Shown here: one piece after another, positions 1 to 13,786 of the stretch
Numbering within the stretch: the stretch's first letter is position 1
Layout: each line of letters opens with the position of its first letter
Assembly: GCF_018350175.1 (NCBI RefSeq)
Contig: NC_058368.1
Coordinates: forward strand, 144,648,001 to 144,712,000
Length of the DNA: 64,000 nt
Reading direction: 5' to 3'
Source of the DNA: Felis catus
Taxonomy: Eukaryota
The notes under the pieces: generated by a model
What the model saw: only the letters and a program-made list of their open reading frames with translations
Database searches by the model: none
What the model was told of the DNA's origin: nothing
Made by a program: the position numbers and the translations under genes

Positions 1-191
1 ATTTTTGAGAGAGAGAGACAGAATGTGAGTGAGAGAGGGGCAGAGAGAGAGAGGGAGACACAGAATCCAAAGCAGGCTCCAGGCTCTGATCTGTCAGCAC
101 AGAGCCTGACATGGGGCTCGAACCCACAAACTGTGAGATCATGACCTGAGCTGAAGTCGGACGCTTAACCGACTGAGGCACCCAGACACCC
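1..191 (-). mobile_element. CanSINE (felid type), cut by window edge
   Basis: (GA)n tract plus reverse-complement tRNA-derived head. Confidence 0.9.
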
Positions 192-717
192 TGAACTGTT
201 TGTTTAAATGACAAATTCGTCGTCTCCTGCTTCAACCTTGCAAATAGCTTTATAAAGCCACTAAATGGGAAGATAATCAATCAATGGATCACACACTTTT
301 TTATGTTAGTCTCATCTTTACTACTTTGTGCTCCTTTGTGTCTAGTTATCCACACCACTGCCCTTTGACCTCTGCATATCCAAGCTAAGAAATCCCAAAC
401 GTCCACCAGGTACAAACCAGTGTTTGTTCACAAACTCATATTTCCCATGAACGCAGCCAAAGTGAAACAGAGAATGCTGTAATTAGGCCAGCCACTTAAG
501 TTCCCTTTGGCTCCTCCTGTTTTCCGGGCACGTAGGCTGGTACTTATTTTCATCACTGTAGTTTCCAATCCTGCCCGTATTGTTTTATCAAAATGTGTCC
601 TTCTCCCTCACAACAAACTGCCTTGGCATCACATTTCACTTTAGTTGCTGGGTCAGGAAGGACTCAGGTGAGGAGAGAAACCTGGAAACCTGAATTCTCA
701 TCTAGATTCCCATGCCA

Positions 718-931
718 GGGGCGCCTGGGTGGCGCAGTCGGTTAAGCGTCCGACTTCAGCCAGGTCACGATCTCGCGGTCCGTGAGTTCGAGCCCCGCGT
801 CAGGCTCTGGGCTGATGGCTCAGAGCCTGGAGCCCGTTTCCGATTCTGTGTCTCCCTCTCTCTCTGACCCTCCTCCATTCATGCTCTGTCTCTCTCTGTC
901 CCAAGAATAAATAAACGTTGAAAAAAAAAAT
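718..931 (+). mobile_element. Young CanSINE (SINEC_Fc-like)
   Basis: GGGGCGCCTGGGTGGCGCAGTCGGTTAAG head, (CT)n, A tail; perfect TSD tagattcccatgcca 703-717 / 932-946. Confidence 0.95.
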
Positions 932-1377
932 TAGATTCCCATGCCAGCTTGCTGTCTTCCTCATTCATAAAACTGGCAAAATGATCTTTAAAGGGTTCTT
1001 ATGCACAAATGAATTATTTGTCAGAGTGCCCTAGAAAATATAACATGTAAGAAACTATGATCTGATAACTATGGTTTTTATTTTTTCTTTTCTTCTTTTT
1101 TTTTAAGACCTGAAGATAGATTTTCATTTTCTGACTCTCTTTCTGTGATCCAGGCAAACAACCAAGCAAAATCCTACTTCCTTCAACTACTTACCAAAGT
1201 TTTTTTTTTTTTTTATCTTTTATACATCCCTGTTGTTATCCTTTAAACTCTCCTTAAGCTTTCTACTATACTTGTCTTAAAAACAGAAAAGAAAAGAAAA
1301 CTTGGTGAGAAATTAACAACAGGGTTTATTTAAGTCTGTGTGAAATAGAATTAAGAGGTTAATAAACCACTGTCTTA

Positions 1378-1589
1378 GGGGCATCTGGTTGGCTCAGTTG
1401 GTTAAGCATCTGACTTTGTTTGGCTCTGGTCATGATCTCGTGGTCTGTGGGTTCGAGGCCTGGGTCGGGCTCTGTGCTGACAGCTCAGAGCCTGGAGCCT
1501 GCTTGGTATTCTTTGTCTCCCTCTCTCTCTGCCCTTCCCCCACTCACGCTCTGTCTCTGTCAAAAATAAATAATCAGTTAAAAAAAAAG
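1378..1589 (+). mobile_element. CanSINE
   Basis: Head, CT tract, A tail; TSD aaaccactgtctta 1364-1377 / 1590-1603. Confidence 0.92.
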
Positions 1590-2317
1590 AAACCACTGTC
1601 TTAAATGGAACCTATTTTCTGTTCCCATTAGTTGCTGAGACAGAAATTTAGCTTTCTCTGTAAATCCAGTGGGATTCTTTAACCTTCCGTGGATGGGTTT
1701 CATGGGCAGAAAATACGGAGGAACACTGTCTGGGACTTTACGTACATCGACAGCTTCTTACTGCCCTCCCAGTTTGCATTCTACATGGATAGAATCACTC
1801 ATGGTCCTAGGAGGCATTTCTGGAGACCGTGGCACACAGGACTGAGCTCTCGGTTCCTTTTCTGGACCAGCGCCCCTTCATCATTTTAGGACTCTATCCC
1901 CCAGGACTCTGAGGAGCCAGTGTGGCAGTAGGGCATCAACTGGTTTATTCAGGCCTGAAGGTGTTGCCTCCATGTTGCCCTTTGTGCTTCCTCTTCTGCC
2001 CAGTCTGCTCCCAGATGCCAACCACCTGTATCTCCTGATCTTTTTGCATAGTTTCTTCCTGGCTGGATGTCAAAGGCTCTGCTTCTGCTACATTCCTGAC
2101 TCTGGGTCTGTCTTCTCTATGGGGAAAGGGATGAAGTACAGCTTGCCTACCAGCTTTCTTTATCAGTCTTTTCCCCTCTTATGGGTCAGAGGGCACAGCG
2201 AACAAAGTATAACTTACAGACCACTCTCTACTAAGACTTATTCTTGACTTAAAGTCAATGATAATTTTGTTGACATGTGGCATTAATTAACAATGTAAGT
2301 TTAAAAATCAAGATTAA

Positions 2318-2556
2318 GGGGCACCTGGGTGGCGCAGTCGGTTAAGCGTCCGACTTCAGCCAGGTCACGATCTCGCGGTCCGTGGGTTCGAGCCCCGCGT
2401 CAGGCTCTGGGCTGATGGCTCAGAGCCTGGAGCCTGTTTCCGATTCTGTGTCTCCCTCTCTCTCTGCCCCTCCCCCGTTCATGCTCTGTCTCTCTCTGTC
2501 CCAAAAATAAATAAAAAAACGTTGAAAAAAAATTTTTTTTAAATAAAAAAATTAAA
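2318..2556 (+). mobile_element. Young CanSINE (SINEC_Fc-like)
   Basis: Nearly identical to the 718 copy; TSD aaaaatcaagattaa 2303-2317 / 2557-2571. Confidence 0.95.
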
Positions 2557-5463
2557 AAAAATCAAGATTAAATGCAGGCCTTTCCAAACTTTTTTTTCAC
2601 CTCTAATTTTTGTCATTGTCTTGGAAGATACAGTCTATCAATTAACCACCTATCTAGAAACCAGGGGAAAACATAGCATCTGGAAAAATTCTCTTTCTTC
2701 TGATAAATGCTTTTTAAACTGACTGATTGTCTTTGGAGAGGTAAAGCTAGAAGCCTGGGAGTTACGTGATTTCAAGGTTGTGGGCAGTATTTAAAATTCT
2801 TATGAGCACAGCTGTTCAGGTCTAGAGGCTGCATTTTAGCAAGTTATTCAGATGAGGAATCATTTGTTAGAAAATGGCCAAATAAATTATTTTCTGCATG
2901 ATTTCCTCCTTCTCACTCAGTCTGTGTCATTCATTGCCATTTGCCTCTTCCCAGTTATTTTTGTCCCGACAAATCTTCCACATTTTGCACTGTGCCTTCC
3001 TCTAGTAGCCTCCCACCTCACATCTGCTAAAATAATTTCCCCAAACGCCAGTTTAAGAAGAATTAGGTAACATATTACCACATGTCTCAAAGTCAAGAAT
3101 CTTCCCTAGAACTTTTGTCCACTCATTCAACAAACATTTGGGCCCCCACCAGGAGCACCTGGGCCTACCAAATTTGGGGCTTACTTACTATCTGGGTTTT
3201 ACCACCTTTTCCTGGTGCATAAGCTCCTACATGATGGTCACTTACACATTCCTGTATATTCTGTTCCTCCTTGGAGATTCTAAAACCTTATGAGTAAGTG
3301 TTGAACAGGTACTGGAAAGTTTGGAATTACTACGGCATTGCTTTGGAGGATTTTATTCCAAACCTAATGCTCTTCCTTGTGTGTTTTTGAGTAGGTTATT
3401 CCTTTTGTATGGCAAACAAAGAGGCTTTTAAAATATTTTTGTAGTTAGTTGATGGGAAATGCTGGAAAACCCTGCCTTTCACTTTTCCAGTGCGAAACTG
3501 TGATTCACAGTCAAGGTTGCCCAGAGGTAGCAAGAAGGCAGGCAGACCAAGGGTGGTGTCAGGTAGACGAGGCCAAACGTGTACTGTGCAGGGTCTCCTG
3601 TGCCAGCTTTTAGTCAGCACAATCTCCCCTGGGATCACGTTTCAATATTTAAATTCTGAATGAAGTTCCCACTCCCCTTAAAAGAACTGAAAACCACACT
3701 GGTTTAGAGGCTTGTTATCTCTAGTTCATTAAAATGAGGAATCCAGAAAAGCGTATCCTCAGCCTATCAAAGTTGATTTGCATAGATCTTGGGAAGATCA
3801 CTCAGCATCTTTGCCTCAGTTTCCCAGTTGACCAGATGGCCCATATCTAACCTAAATGTACACTACAATGTAAATTAAATTCTTCATCTTCTCTAGTAAA
3901 AGAAGACAGAAACAGCATGCTTTTCATTTTCTTGAAAATCATTGTCAAATCACAGGCTTTTATTTTTGAGCCTAACACATCCTAAGCCCCTTCTTTATGA
4001 GCCCATTTCCCCAGGTTTTAAAATTTTTTGTGGGGTTCTACTCCATTCTGCAGCATTGCCACTTTCCTTTTAAAAACTCTGGCCACTGTTAGGAATGCAC
4101 TGTACTGATTATAGTAAGAAAATTACTCTCATAATTCTCTTTATTGTCAAACTGTGTTTATTGAATCAGATTTTCTTGATGTCCTAGAGTTCCCATGGCC
4201 ATAAATTGTGTATTAGTAATTATTACCCTGGTCTCCTGAAAGAATGAACGTAATTGCCAACATACCTAAGCTGTGAGCAGGGGATTTTGTTTCAGCGTGC
4301 TGGAGAAACTGATTTATTGTGTCTTGTGTTATTTTTCTGTTATATGATCCAGTCTTATTAATACAAACCTGAGTTTCAAGATCTCTATCTCAAATGGTTG
4401 CTAGTATAGGTGGGAAATAGTTCCAGACTCGGTAGGGCAACCACCTGTTGGATGTGTCTTTTCAGTCCAAGCCACCAGCACTAATTCACTGATAGCCATG
4501 TGTTTTTGGACAGTCTGTGGTGTGCAGTTAAAAACTCAGGTTTCAGCTAACACTGCCTAGGGTCGAGTCCTGAGTCTGCCACTTGCTACTGGTGTGACTT
4601 TGGGCAAAATAACTTAGCTTCTCTGTACCTTGACTTCCTTGTATGTAAAATGGGAATAGTAATGATTGTAACTGTGTTGCTGTCAAGGGTTAAATTGGAT
4701 CATAAAGTGATTAAAATGCCATCTAGCGTGTGGCACACTCTCACAAAGTCTTAGTTATGATAATGACCTGAGGAATTGCTCAGTAACCAAAGGGAAATGC
4801 TGACTTCCTAGTCATTGATGAATGTGTTTGAGCAGAGTCAGTGAAATATTGGTAAAATACCCTCATCTCCCAACAGCTTAACCACTTGAGCAGGATTCTG
4901 ACATCATTTGTTGGTAACCTTTTGTCCCTAAGCTTTTGCTGTATTTCCTGATACTCTGCTTGAGCTATCACCTCTTTTCAGGGGTTCTCGGGAGCTACAT
5001 TTCCAGGCCTAGAACCACTCCTCAGACTCAGAGGGGCTGGCCCCTCCCCCCCGCCCCGGACCCCTGGGTTTCTGGGGTTAATGTTTCCTTCTTCTGTCCG
5101 TCACCCAGCCTGCTGTTCTTTGCTCTGCCTTTCCCCCACCGCGAGTGTAGACTGAAATGTAAAAGTCTCGTATTTTCTGGGCTCTCCACCTGTGGAAGCA
5201 GGGTCATTTCTGTTTTCTGATTTTCCGTCTCTTCATCTCTGCTTCAAAAATTGGGAAACAAAAACCAACCTACATGAGCTGTTGCTGTGATAGCTGCGGT
5301 GACTGCCTCAGGTCCTCCTGGGTGCCGCAGGGTTCCCTGATCCAGGGCATGAGATAACCGACAGCAGGCAGCTTCTCCCTGCAGGGAGGGCCCTGCTCCC
5401 CCAGAGCCAGGCCGGCCAGGTCGCAGCACAGAGGCGGTGGTGAGGTAGCCAGACGACCCTGGC

Positions 5464-5477
5464 GCGCCATCTTGTGG
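5464..5477 (-). promoter_or_regulatory. CTCF-like motif in GC-rich intronic patch
   Basis: Minus strand CCACAAGATGGCGC, one mismatch from core; local CpG retention at about 5290-5530. Confidence 0.5.
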
Positions 5478-7452
5478 GCGCCCTTGATTGCTGCCTCTGA
5501 GAAGCAGACCGTGTTCTCCCTCCCGCCTAGTTAGTATTCTCATTTCCCATTTCCAGGGCCTGGGGAAATGTGACAAAAAATTAGATTCCAGATAATTTTA
5601 AAATGGCTGTTAGGCAGACTTATTATGAATAATCCACCTCTGGATTTAATTAGGGCAAGTGCCTTTTAGCTGCTCCAGATTTCTCTTGAAGCAGTAGCTA
5701 CTGTTTTTAACAGGGACTTTTGAGTGGCCAATTCTGCATTTTACATGCATCGTTAAAAAAGAAAACTTTACATTCTAGGTAGTACATCAGAGGATTCAGA
5801 TAGTTTTTTAGTTAGTTTTTGAGGAGTTGTTGTTTGAGTGAATTAAAAAAAAAGTGGCAAAGTGTTGCTACTGAAAGTGTAATCGGCATCACCCAGGAGC
5901 TCATTAGAAAAGTAGAATGTTCCAGACCTACTGCATTAGAATCTGCGGTGATCTGTGGGCATATTGACAGATAGAAGCACAGGTGTAAGCGCGGGTTACC
6001 AGAGTCAGATGGAAGACTTGTGTTTTTGTCTGCACGCTGGCACCTCCTTACATGTCTCCTGTCAGCCATATGATCACATCCCTTCAGCCTCAGTGGCCCG
6101 TGTATGACACAAGATTATAGGTTTCTGCCTTGTCTGCTCCTGGGTCAGCTGAGGGAGAAATGAAATTATGCATAGCCGTTCAGTTTGAACATGGTAAAAA
6201 CCTGTGCAAATGTCAGGGGAAACTGTGAGTGAGAATTTTTCCATTTCGTACTCAGCCATCATTAGTTAACCTGTTTTACATCAGCTACATCAGCAGCAGA
6301 ACAAATATTCACCTATAACCTTCATCATGCTCCGAATAGTGTCTGGGCAAATTCCACCAAGTTTTCAGAGCTCTCTCTCTGGCTAGTCTTCCTAGAGCTC
6401 AGAATAATAAAATTACATTTTATTTTCCTTAACAAGACCTTTCATACAACTTGCCTTCCTGGGGTCTCAGAACTGTTTCCCCTGTTGAGCCCAGGGTGGG
6501 GCACAGTAGGTACCCGCTGGTTGATGAAATTGCTAATTAGCCCTTAGCAAGGTCCAAACACTGGCCTGATGTCCTTCACACTAATCCATTTATGATAATC
6601 AGATTATGTGCATCATTAGAGACTGACATAGCTACAGAAGGACTCCCATCATCTCACTGATGAATATCAAATATTCATTAAGGAAACAGACTCCTGATGG
6701 CTGAGAAATCTTTTGGTAGTGTGCAGGGATTGAAGTAAGTGAGGTCATTAACTGTTTACAAACATTCCCTTCACCTTGAAACAGGAGAGGAGGTAGGACA
6801 AAGAAAACACAGTAGCAAGATACTACTCTCTTCTCCTAGCATACATGTTAAAACAAAAACCAATAGCCAAGAAGCTGTTGGACAATAAGTAGATGAAATT
6901 TTAGGAAGACATGCCAGCTAAAGGCCTAAGAATGGTAAGAGATAATAACCTCTGTGTTGCCTGAGGCCCCAGTGGTTCCTGTTCTGAAGAAATGGTACTG
7001 ATTGTGAAGCATTAAAAACAAAATATTGAGACAAATCTGTTACATAGTGCTCCACCAAACTGAGGCACAAAAATATTCCACTCAAATTAGGGCAGACTAT
7101 TGCATTGTCTACAGTTTGTGAAATTGTGGACATTTTTGCCCTGAATTTACTAAATATAGGTAAAGCGTGCTGTTTTTCTTTTTACTGGATTCATTCCAAT
7201 TAGCAATGTTTTCTCTAATTATTTAAAAGAATTCAAAATGTCAGTGCTTCAAAAGTACTTTCCTGAAAGTTAAAATGTAGTTATAGCGAGTAACTTTATA
7301 TAGGAGGGAAAATACACATTCACTTCTGCTCATGGGAATATAGTCCGTCAGAGTCAGGTCCTTGAAAGCAGGATTTAGCAGTTGTACAGTTCACCTCCGA
7401 TAATCTGACAGTCGCAGTGTGCTTCCTGCAGGTGTATTTTAAGATAGCACTA

Positions 7453-7915
7453 GGGCACCTGGGTGGCTCAGTCGGTTAAGCGTCCAACTTCGGCTCAGGT
7501 CATGATCTCATGGTCCACGAGTTCGAGCCCAGCTGACAGCTCTGTGCCGACAGCTCAGAGCCTGGAGCCTGCTTCGGATTCTGTGTCTCCCTCTCTCCCC
7601 CGCCACCCCCCCCCCCACTCATGCTTTGACTCTCTCTTTCTCTCTCTCAAAAATGAATAAATGTTAAAGAAAAAATGTTAAAAAAGAATGCAAGAATTTT
7701 TAAAAAGTGCAAGTGGAGTGCCTGGCTGGCTCAGCCGGTTAAGCATCGACTTCCGCTCAGGTCATGATCTCATAGTTTGTGGGTTCGAGCCCCGTTTCGG
7801 GCTCTCTGCTGTCAGCACAGAGGCTGCTTTGGATCCTCTGCCTCCCTCTCTCTCTGCGCCTCCCGTGCTCATGCTCTCCCTCTCTCAAAAATAAACATTA
7901 AAAAAATTAAAAAAG
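7453..7915 (+). mobile_element. Two tandem CanSINEs (about 7453-7687 and 7714-7915)
   Basis: Two consecutive heads, CT tracts and A tails. Confidence 0.9.
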
Positions 7916-8978
7916 GCAAGAAACACATCTTTACCTTATTACTTCTTTCTTTAACTCTTTACCTTGAAAATTTTCAAATCAAGAGAAAAATGCCAGGATA
8001 AAACAAACACTAATACACATCTACAGTCACTAATAGTAGTTAACATGTTTACCACATTTGTGTTCTCTCTCTCTCTCTCTGTCTGTCTCTCTCCCTCCCT
8101 CCCTCCTCCCTGTCTTTGCAAAACAGGAGCCTGCTCTTAGCCTCAGTAAACTGATCAAATTTAGGGCAATCTAACATTGATGATGTTCTCAACCAGGACA
8201 TAGTCCTGACTTGACTTTTGCCAGTTGTCCCAGTGATGCCCTTTAGAGCATTTCCCCCTCGATCCCAGGTTTATATGCTGCATGTAGCCATGGTCCGTTT
8301 GGTGTCCTTTAAAGTAAAACAGTTCCAGTTATTTGTCGTTCATATTATGTTAACATTTTTGAAGATCACAGTGTGCCTCACAATGCCCATGTGAGATTCT
8401 GCATCTTTGGAAAAAATAATAACTGATGTATTTCACAGAGCGTTACATTAGTAGGTACATGATGTTGGTTTGTTCCATTACTAGTGATGGTAATTCTGAT
8501 CACTTTGTCTCTCTTCGTAATAAATCATTTCTGCCAGGGGTATGTGGGTACTTGGACATTATTAATTCTCTTTCCCAGTTAATTTCAGCATCCATTCAGC
8601 TGCCTGATCCATTATTACTGCTTTGGACAAAATGGTGATTTTTATAAAGCTCTTTTGTTTCTTTGCACTTGCTAATTGGAATTCTACTCTGAAGAAAAGT
8701 TCCTCTTCCACCCTCTCTATGTATTTACCTACTTAGGTCTCTGTGAACATCACTGGTTGTTGTGATTCAGTTGGTTATTATTTATCACTATCATTATTCA
8801 TTTTGATGCTCACGTGTTCTACCTTTTGCCCAGTGGGCGCCCTTCAGTTTCACTCCTGGTTTGTTTGGTGCAGCCCCATTGGTTTGTGAGTGTCCTTTAT
8901 TTAGCCCTTGGCACATCTGTACTGAAGTTCTTAATTCAAGTCACTGCCCAAATGACAGATTTTATTCTTGCAACCAAT

Positions 8979-8982
<4 letters not shown>

Positions 8983-9022
<40 letters not shown>
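8983..9022. repeat. (TG)20 microsatellite
   Basis: Direct count. Confidence 0.98.
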
Positions 9023-9026
<4 letters not shown>

Positions 9027-9495
9027 AGCCATTGCTCTGCCCCAGTTACCGATCTTACACACGGTCCAGTGGGAAAACAGATGATTATTTCGGCCTGTAC
9101 AGTGCAGTAGGTAATGCTAGGGGGAACCTTGAGAGCATCGAAACAAAGCCCTTTGCCCCACTAGATTGACGAAGGAAGGCTCCTGGGAGAAAGTATATCA
9201 CCTCCTAGACATGGAAGGTGAATAGATGTAAACATGGGGAGGAAGTGCTGTGTGGTCCAGGCTATCTCTTTGAGGAATTTCCAGCCCCTGGGGAGCCTGT
9301 CAGAAATACTAACAATAGGACCCCATCCCAAACCAATTAACTCAGGATCTCTGGTGGGGAGAACAGTCCTAGGGTCCATACTTTTTAATTTCCTACATAT
9401 CACTTCGAGAGAATTTATCGTGAGAAATGGTGCCATGTGTCCTGGAGCTAAAACATCCACAACTAAACTTTTAAAAGATCCATTTTATTTTATAG

Positions 9496-9608
9496 GATTT
9501 TGAGCTCAACAACGAACTAAAAATGAATGTCCTAAATTTGCTAGAAGAAGTTTTGCGAGACCCAGACCTTCTTCCCCAAGAAAGGAAAGCCACGGCGAAT
9601 ATTCTGAG
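9496..9608 (+). CDS. RASGRF2: RASGRF2 internal coding exon ([38 protein letters not shown]; end of REM region)
   Basis: tttatag|GAT acceptor and AG|gtaagt donor; 113 bp; peptide recognised as RASGRF2; phase 2 end joins next exon. Confidence 0.96.
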
Positions 9609-10709
9609 GTAAGTGCAGTTTTCAGGTGCCTCCTAATTACGTTGGTTGGTTTGTGCTTTGTTCCAGAAAATAAGATCCTATCGAATCAGAAAGATGTATC
9701 TGAGACTCCTGGGGGCAGCAGGGGTTCTGCTGTCACTGGCAAGGTATTACGTATCGTCTCTTTTCTGGGGGCAGATTGGCGCACGCTGCCTCAGGAACAC
9801 TTGGACTGGGCGACGTGACTTGTGTGGGGCCCAGGAGTGCAGCTGCTCCTGTTTGTGTGGGCAGAGCGTGGTTTGCTGCAGGACCAAAAGCAGAGAAGAG
9901 GATGCCTTGAGGATCCTCTCCTGTGACTCCAGCAGGCATTGCAGAGAGATGATGTTTTCCTGCCGTCGGTTCTAGTTGTTTGTTGTAAGCTCATGTTGAT
10001 GAGCTGGTGGTGGCATTTCGGTGAGAGTCTTGTGCTCCTGGCTTGTGGATGTGCCACCAGGTAGTAGTTCTGTATTTTCTTCAGCTCGTGTCGCAATCCT
10101 AGACCAGCTTTACTGACTTCTTCTCAGGTTGGGATTCCCACATCATACAGGTTGTATAACTTTGGACGTCCGTGTGATAAAAGCTTGAACTTTGGGTTTC
10201 CCACAAGAGACTGTTTGTGTCTGTCATTACACCCAGCATCCAAAGAGGTCACAGACTTTCTTACAGCTTCTTGAACTGGTGGGTGGAGTTCTTTTCTAGT
10301 ACGCTCTATAGCAGGAGGACAGCCATCAGGGGTTTCGTGCAGACATTTCGGTTATAGCTTTCCTGACTCATGGCTATATCATCTGTCCCTGCTTGGGGGT
10401 GGGAAGCCCAGCATCTATCTGCTAGAGCCTGGTACCCCTTTACCATTTTGACTTCTAGTTCTGTCTTCATTTACAGTCTCTGGAAAGAGGCCTTTCTTTC
10501 TTCTAACCTTGAATATATTGTTTCCTTGTTATCCAGCTTTCTGAGAGGAGTCCGTCTTAGTTCAGTCTACTATGTTTTTGGAAGTCCCTCTCTGATGCAG
10601 CAATGCCAGATTTTGGTCTGCAGCCTTTTAGCAATTGGCTCATAAGTCATTCTTACTACCATTAGCTCAAGATCCTGTCACCAGACACTTCTTTGGTCTA
10701 GGGGCTCTT

Positions 10710-11390
10710 GTGGGTGGAGTGTGTCTGCTCTACAACAGGTATGTTGAAGTTCTAACCCTGAGTACCACAAAATGTGATCTGGAAATAGGGCCAATGCAGA
10801 TGTAATTAATTAAGAGGAAGTCCTACTGGAATAGGGTGGGCCCCTAATCCAATATGACTGGTGTCCTCATAAGAAGATGACCATGTGAAGACAGAGCAAG
10901 ACACAGAGAGAATGCCGTGTGAAGATGATGCAAAGATGAGAGTGAGGCAGCTGCAAGGCCAGAAATGCCGATTACTGGCAAACCACTAAAAGCTAGAACG
11001 AGGCGGGTGCCTGGGTGGCTCAGTCGTTTGAGCATCTGACTTCGGCTCAGGTCATGATGTCACCATTCATGAGTTTGAGCCCTGCGTCAGCTCCTGGCTG
11101 TCAGCGCAAAGCCTACTTCATCTCCTCTCGCCCCCTCTCTTTCTGCCCCTCCCCCGCTTGTGCTCTCTCTCTCTCTCTCTCTCTCTCTCAAAAACGGTGA
11201 GTAAACATTAAAAAAGTAAGTCTAGAAAGAGGCAAGAGAGGATTCCTCGACAGGATTCAGAGGGAACGTGGCTCTGCCAACACGTTGGTCTTGGGCTTCT
11301 GGCCTGCAGAACCCTAAGGCAATGAATTTCTATTGTTTTAATATGCCCAGTTTGTGGTACTTTATTAGGGCAACTCTAGGAATCTATTAA
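10710..11390 (+). mobile_element. MLT1-type (MaLR) solo LTR interrupted by a CanSINE at about 11003-11217
   Basis: MLT1 hallmarks: aatgtga...ggaaatagg, gggtgggcccctaatccaatatgactggtgtcctcataagaaga, cagtttgtggtacttt; SINE flanked by imperfect duplication ctagaa(c/a)gaggc. Confidence 0.8.
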
Positions 11391-12704
11391 AGGCCCTCTT
11401 CACTTTTTCCATGCTATGAAAACACCTAAAGAAGCTTAGGGGCTCTGTTACTATGTTTATTTTCAGATTTAAATTGTAAATACATTTTCAGATAAAGCCT
11501 GGTTTCAGTGAATGTGTGGTTATATCTGTGAATGATTACTAGTCCTTTCTTCTTTACGTACACAGGTTATTATGCTCTTTGTATTTAAAACACTAACATT
11601 TTGAAACCACTTTCTGGAAGTTTGTGCCCCCAGGGACATTTGACTGGACAGCTGGCAGGGAAATGAGGTGTTCAGACAGGATTGGTGAATGTGCAAACCC
11701 ATGTTGCCCATTCTCTCACAACATCCACACCAGACATTACTAATCAATCCTGAGGGCTTTCTGCCTGCACCAGGGGGTGAGCTTAGAACTCCACTGACCA
11801 GCACGCCATTAATTGGAGTTGGCATTTAAGATGAATCCTGTTTACCATCCCAAGTCTTTATTATTCATCAGGCTTAAGATGTGCAAATTCTTTTTGTTAA
11901 ATAAATGGCCTGAGAATTAGAGGTGTGAAATCAATAAGAAACAGAAATGTTAGTAGATGGTACAGCCTGGGAGCATGACACGGAGCAGAGTCTGATTCTT
12001 ATTTTCACAGGGTTCACGGGTATAATCTTGGTTCAGCCACTTAAAGCTGTCCAGTTTCTTAACCAGTCTAAACCTCAGTTCCCTCAATTATAAAATGAGG
12101 CAAATAGTACCTACTATTGAATGGTTATAAAGATTACATGGTATCATATGTTTAAAGAGGTTAACACAATGCCTGAAACATAGCACTTGTATTACTGCTG
12201 CACTTATTATTATTATTATTACTATTATTATTAGCACCGACCGTAGCTCTTAGGAAAAATAGTTTCTTCCATCAAGGAAATATGGCCCAAGTAGGAGCTG
12301 GCTGGGTCTTAGTCAAACTCGACTTTCCTTGGGCTTCATCATTTTATCTACACAAAAGAGATTATAATAACATTGAAACCCAATTTCATATTGCACAATG
12401 ATGTGAATGTAATACAAAAATCTTTCAAATGTACACTCCAAGCAGATGAATCATTTAATATGGGAATTATATCTCAATATAGTTGTTACCAAAAAACCAT
12501 AGTTATAACCCACTTGCTATTTTGTAAACGAGAAGAAAAAAAAGAAGTAAAAAGCAAAGCCAAAAGGCAGCTCTGATGATGGGATGGCCCTAGCTGCCCA
12601 CCCACAATTCTGATCCCTTGCAAAGTCTTCCCCAAATATTCCAAAAGCCCCAAGAAATGTGTACTCAGGAACAAACCCAGTCATTTTTGTGCCTCAGCAT
12701 CTTT

Positions 12705-12885
12705 TTAGAAAAATGTTAAATGTTTATTTTATTTTGAGAGAGAGAGAGAGGGAGGAAATCTCAAGCAGGCTTTGTTCTTTTGGCACAGAGCCCGATGTGG
12801 GGCTCGAACACACAAACCATGAGAGCATGACCTGAGCCAAAATCAAGAGTTGGACACACAACTGACTGAGCCAGCCAGACTCCCC
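12705..12885 (-). mobile_element. CanSINE
   Basis: TSD tgtgcctcagcatcttt 12688-12704 / 12886-12902. Confidence 0.9.
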
Positions 12886-13594
12886 TGTGCCTCAGCATCT
12901 TTATTCAAGTTCACTGACCCAAGATCACTTGAGGGAGAGACCTTATCAGTGCCAGCACTGTCTCTGTCTAGCATGCCGCCTGACCGTCTTCTGAAGCCAC
13001 CATTTCCCTATCAAAAAGCTGGCAAAGATGCCACCTGCCCCATTCCTGAGCCACATGGGCCCCAGAGCATGCCTCACTCAACCTAGAGTCTCAGGCTCTT
13101 GTGAAAATAGCTCCTTTAGTTCCTGGTACCACAATTTGTCACCGTTCCACATGTACTCACAGAGCCAAGCAGAGAATAGATATTATGCCATCCATTCTTC
13201 TTCCTTTGACCATCTTTATTCCCATGAGGCCAAGTGAAACAAAAGCCTTCGTTTAGCCCTGAGCATATCAACTAAAGCAGACGGATATCATTGGGATCAC
13301 TAGCCCATTTTAACTGAGCAGACAACCAGACCCCAAGTTCCGGTTGGGTCAGCTGGTTCTCTGAGACACCTTCCTAGGAAGCTAGGTGGTGCCAGAAAAC
13401 TACTGATCATTGATTGAAGTTCCCCTGTCAAGTAAGTCATTCCACCGGCACTAAGCTTAAGGGTCCCTGCCCCAGCACACAAGATTGTGATTATAAGAGG
13501 AATAAATGATACATTCATTTGTTAGAGTTTCTGATAACTTACCAAATCAGATACTTACGTTTATATGTATGATACTTATATATTTATAGTTTTA

Positions 13595-13786
13595 TTTCTT
13601 CCTTTTAATTTATTTTTGAGAAAAGTGCAAGCCGGGGAGGGGCAGAGAGAGAGGGAGAATCTCAAGCAGGCTCCACATGGTCAGCACAGAGCCTGACATG
13701 GAGCTCGAAGTCAAGAAACTGTGAGATCATGACCTGAGCCAAAATCAAGAGTTGGACGCTTAACCGACTGAGCCACCCAGGCGCCC
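13595..13786 (-). mobile_element. CanSINE
   Basis: Reverse head ...gagccacccaggcgccc, GA tract. Confidence 0.9.

Noticed and set aside
8814..9169. Cys/Val-repeat ORFs
   Set aside because: Translation of the (TG)20 microsatellite
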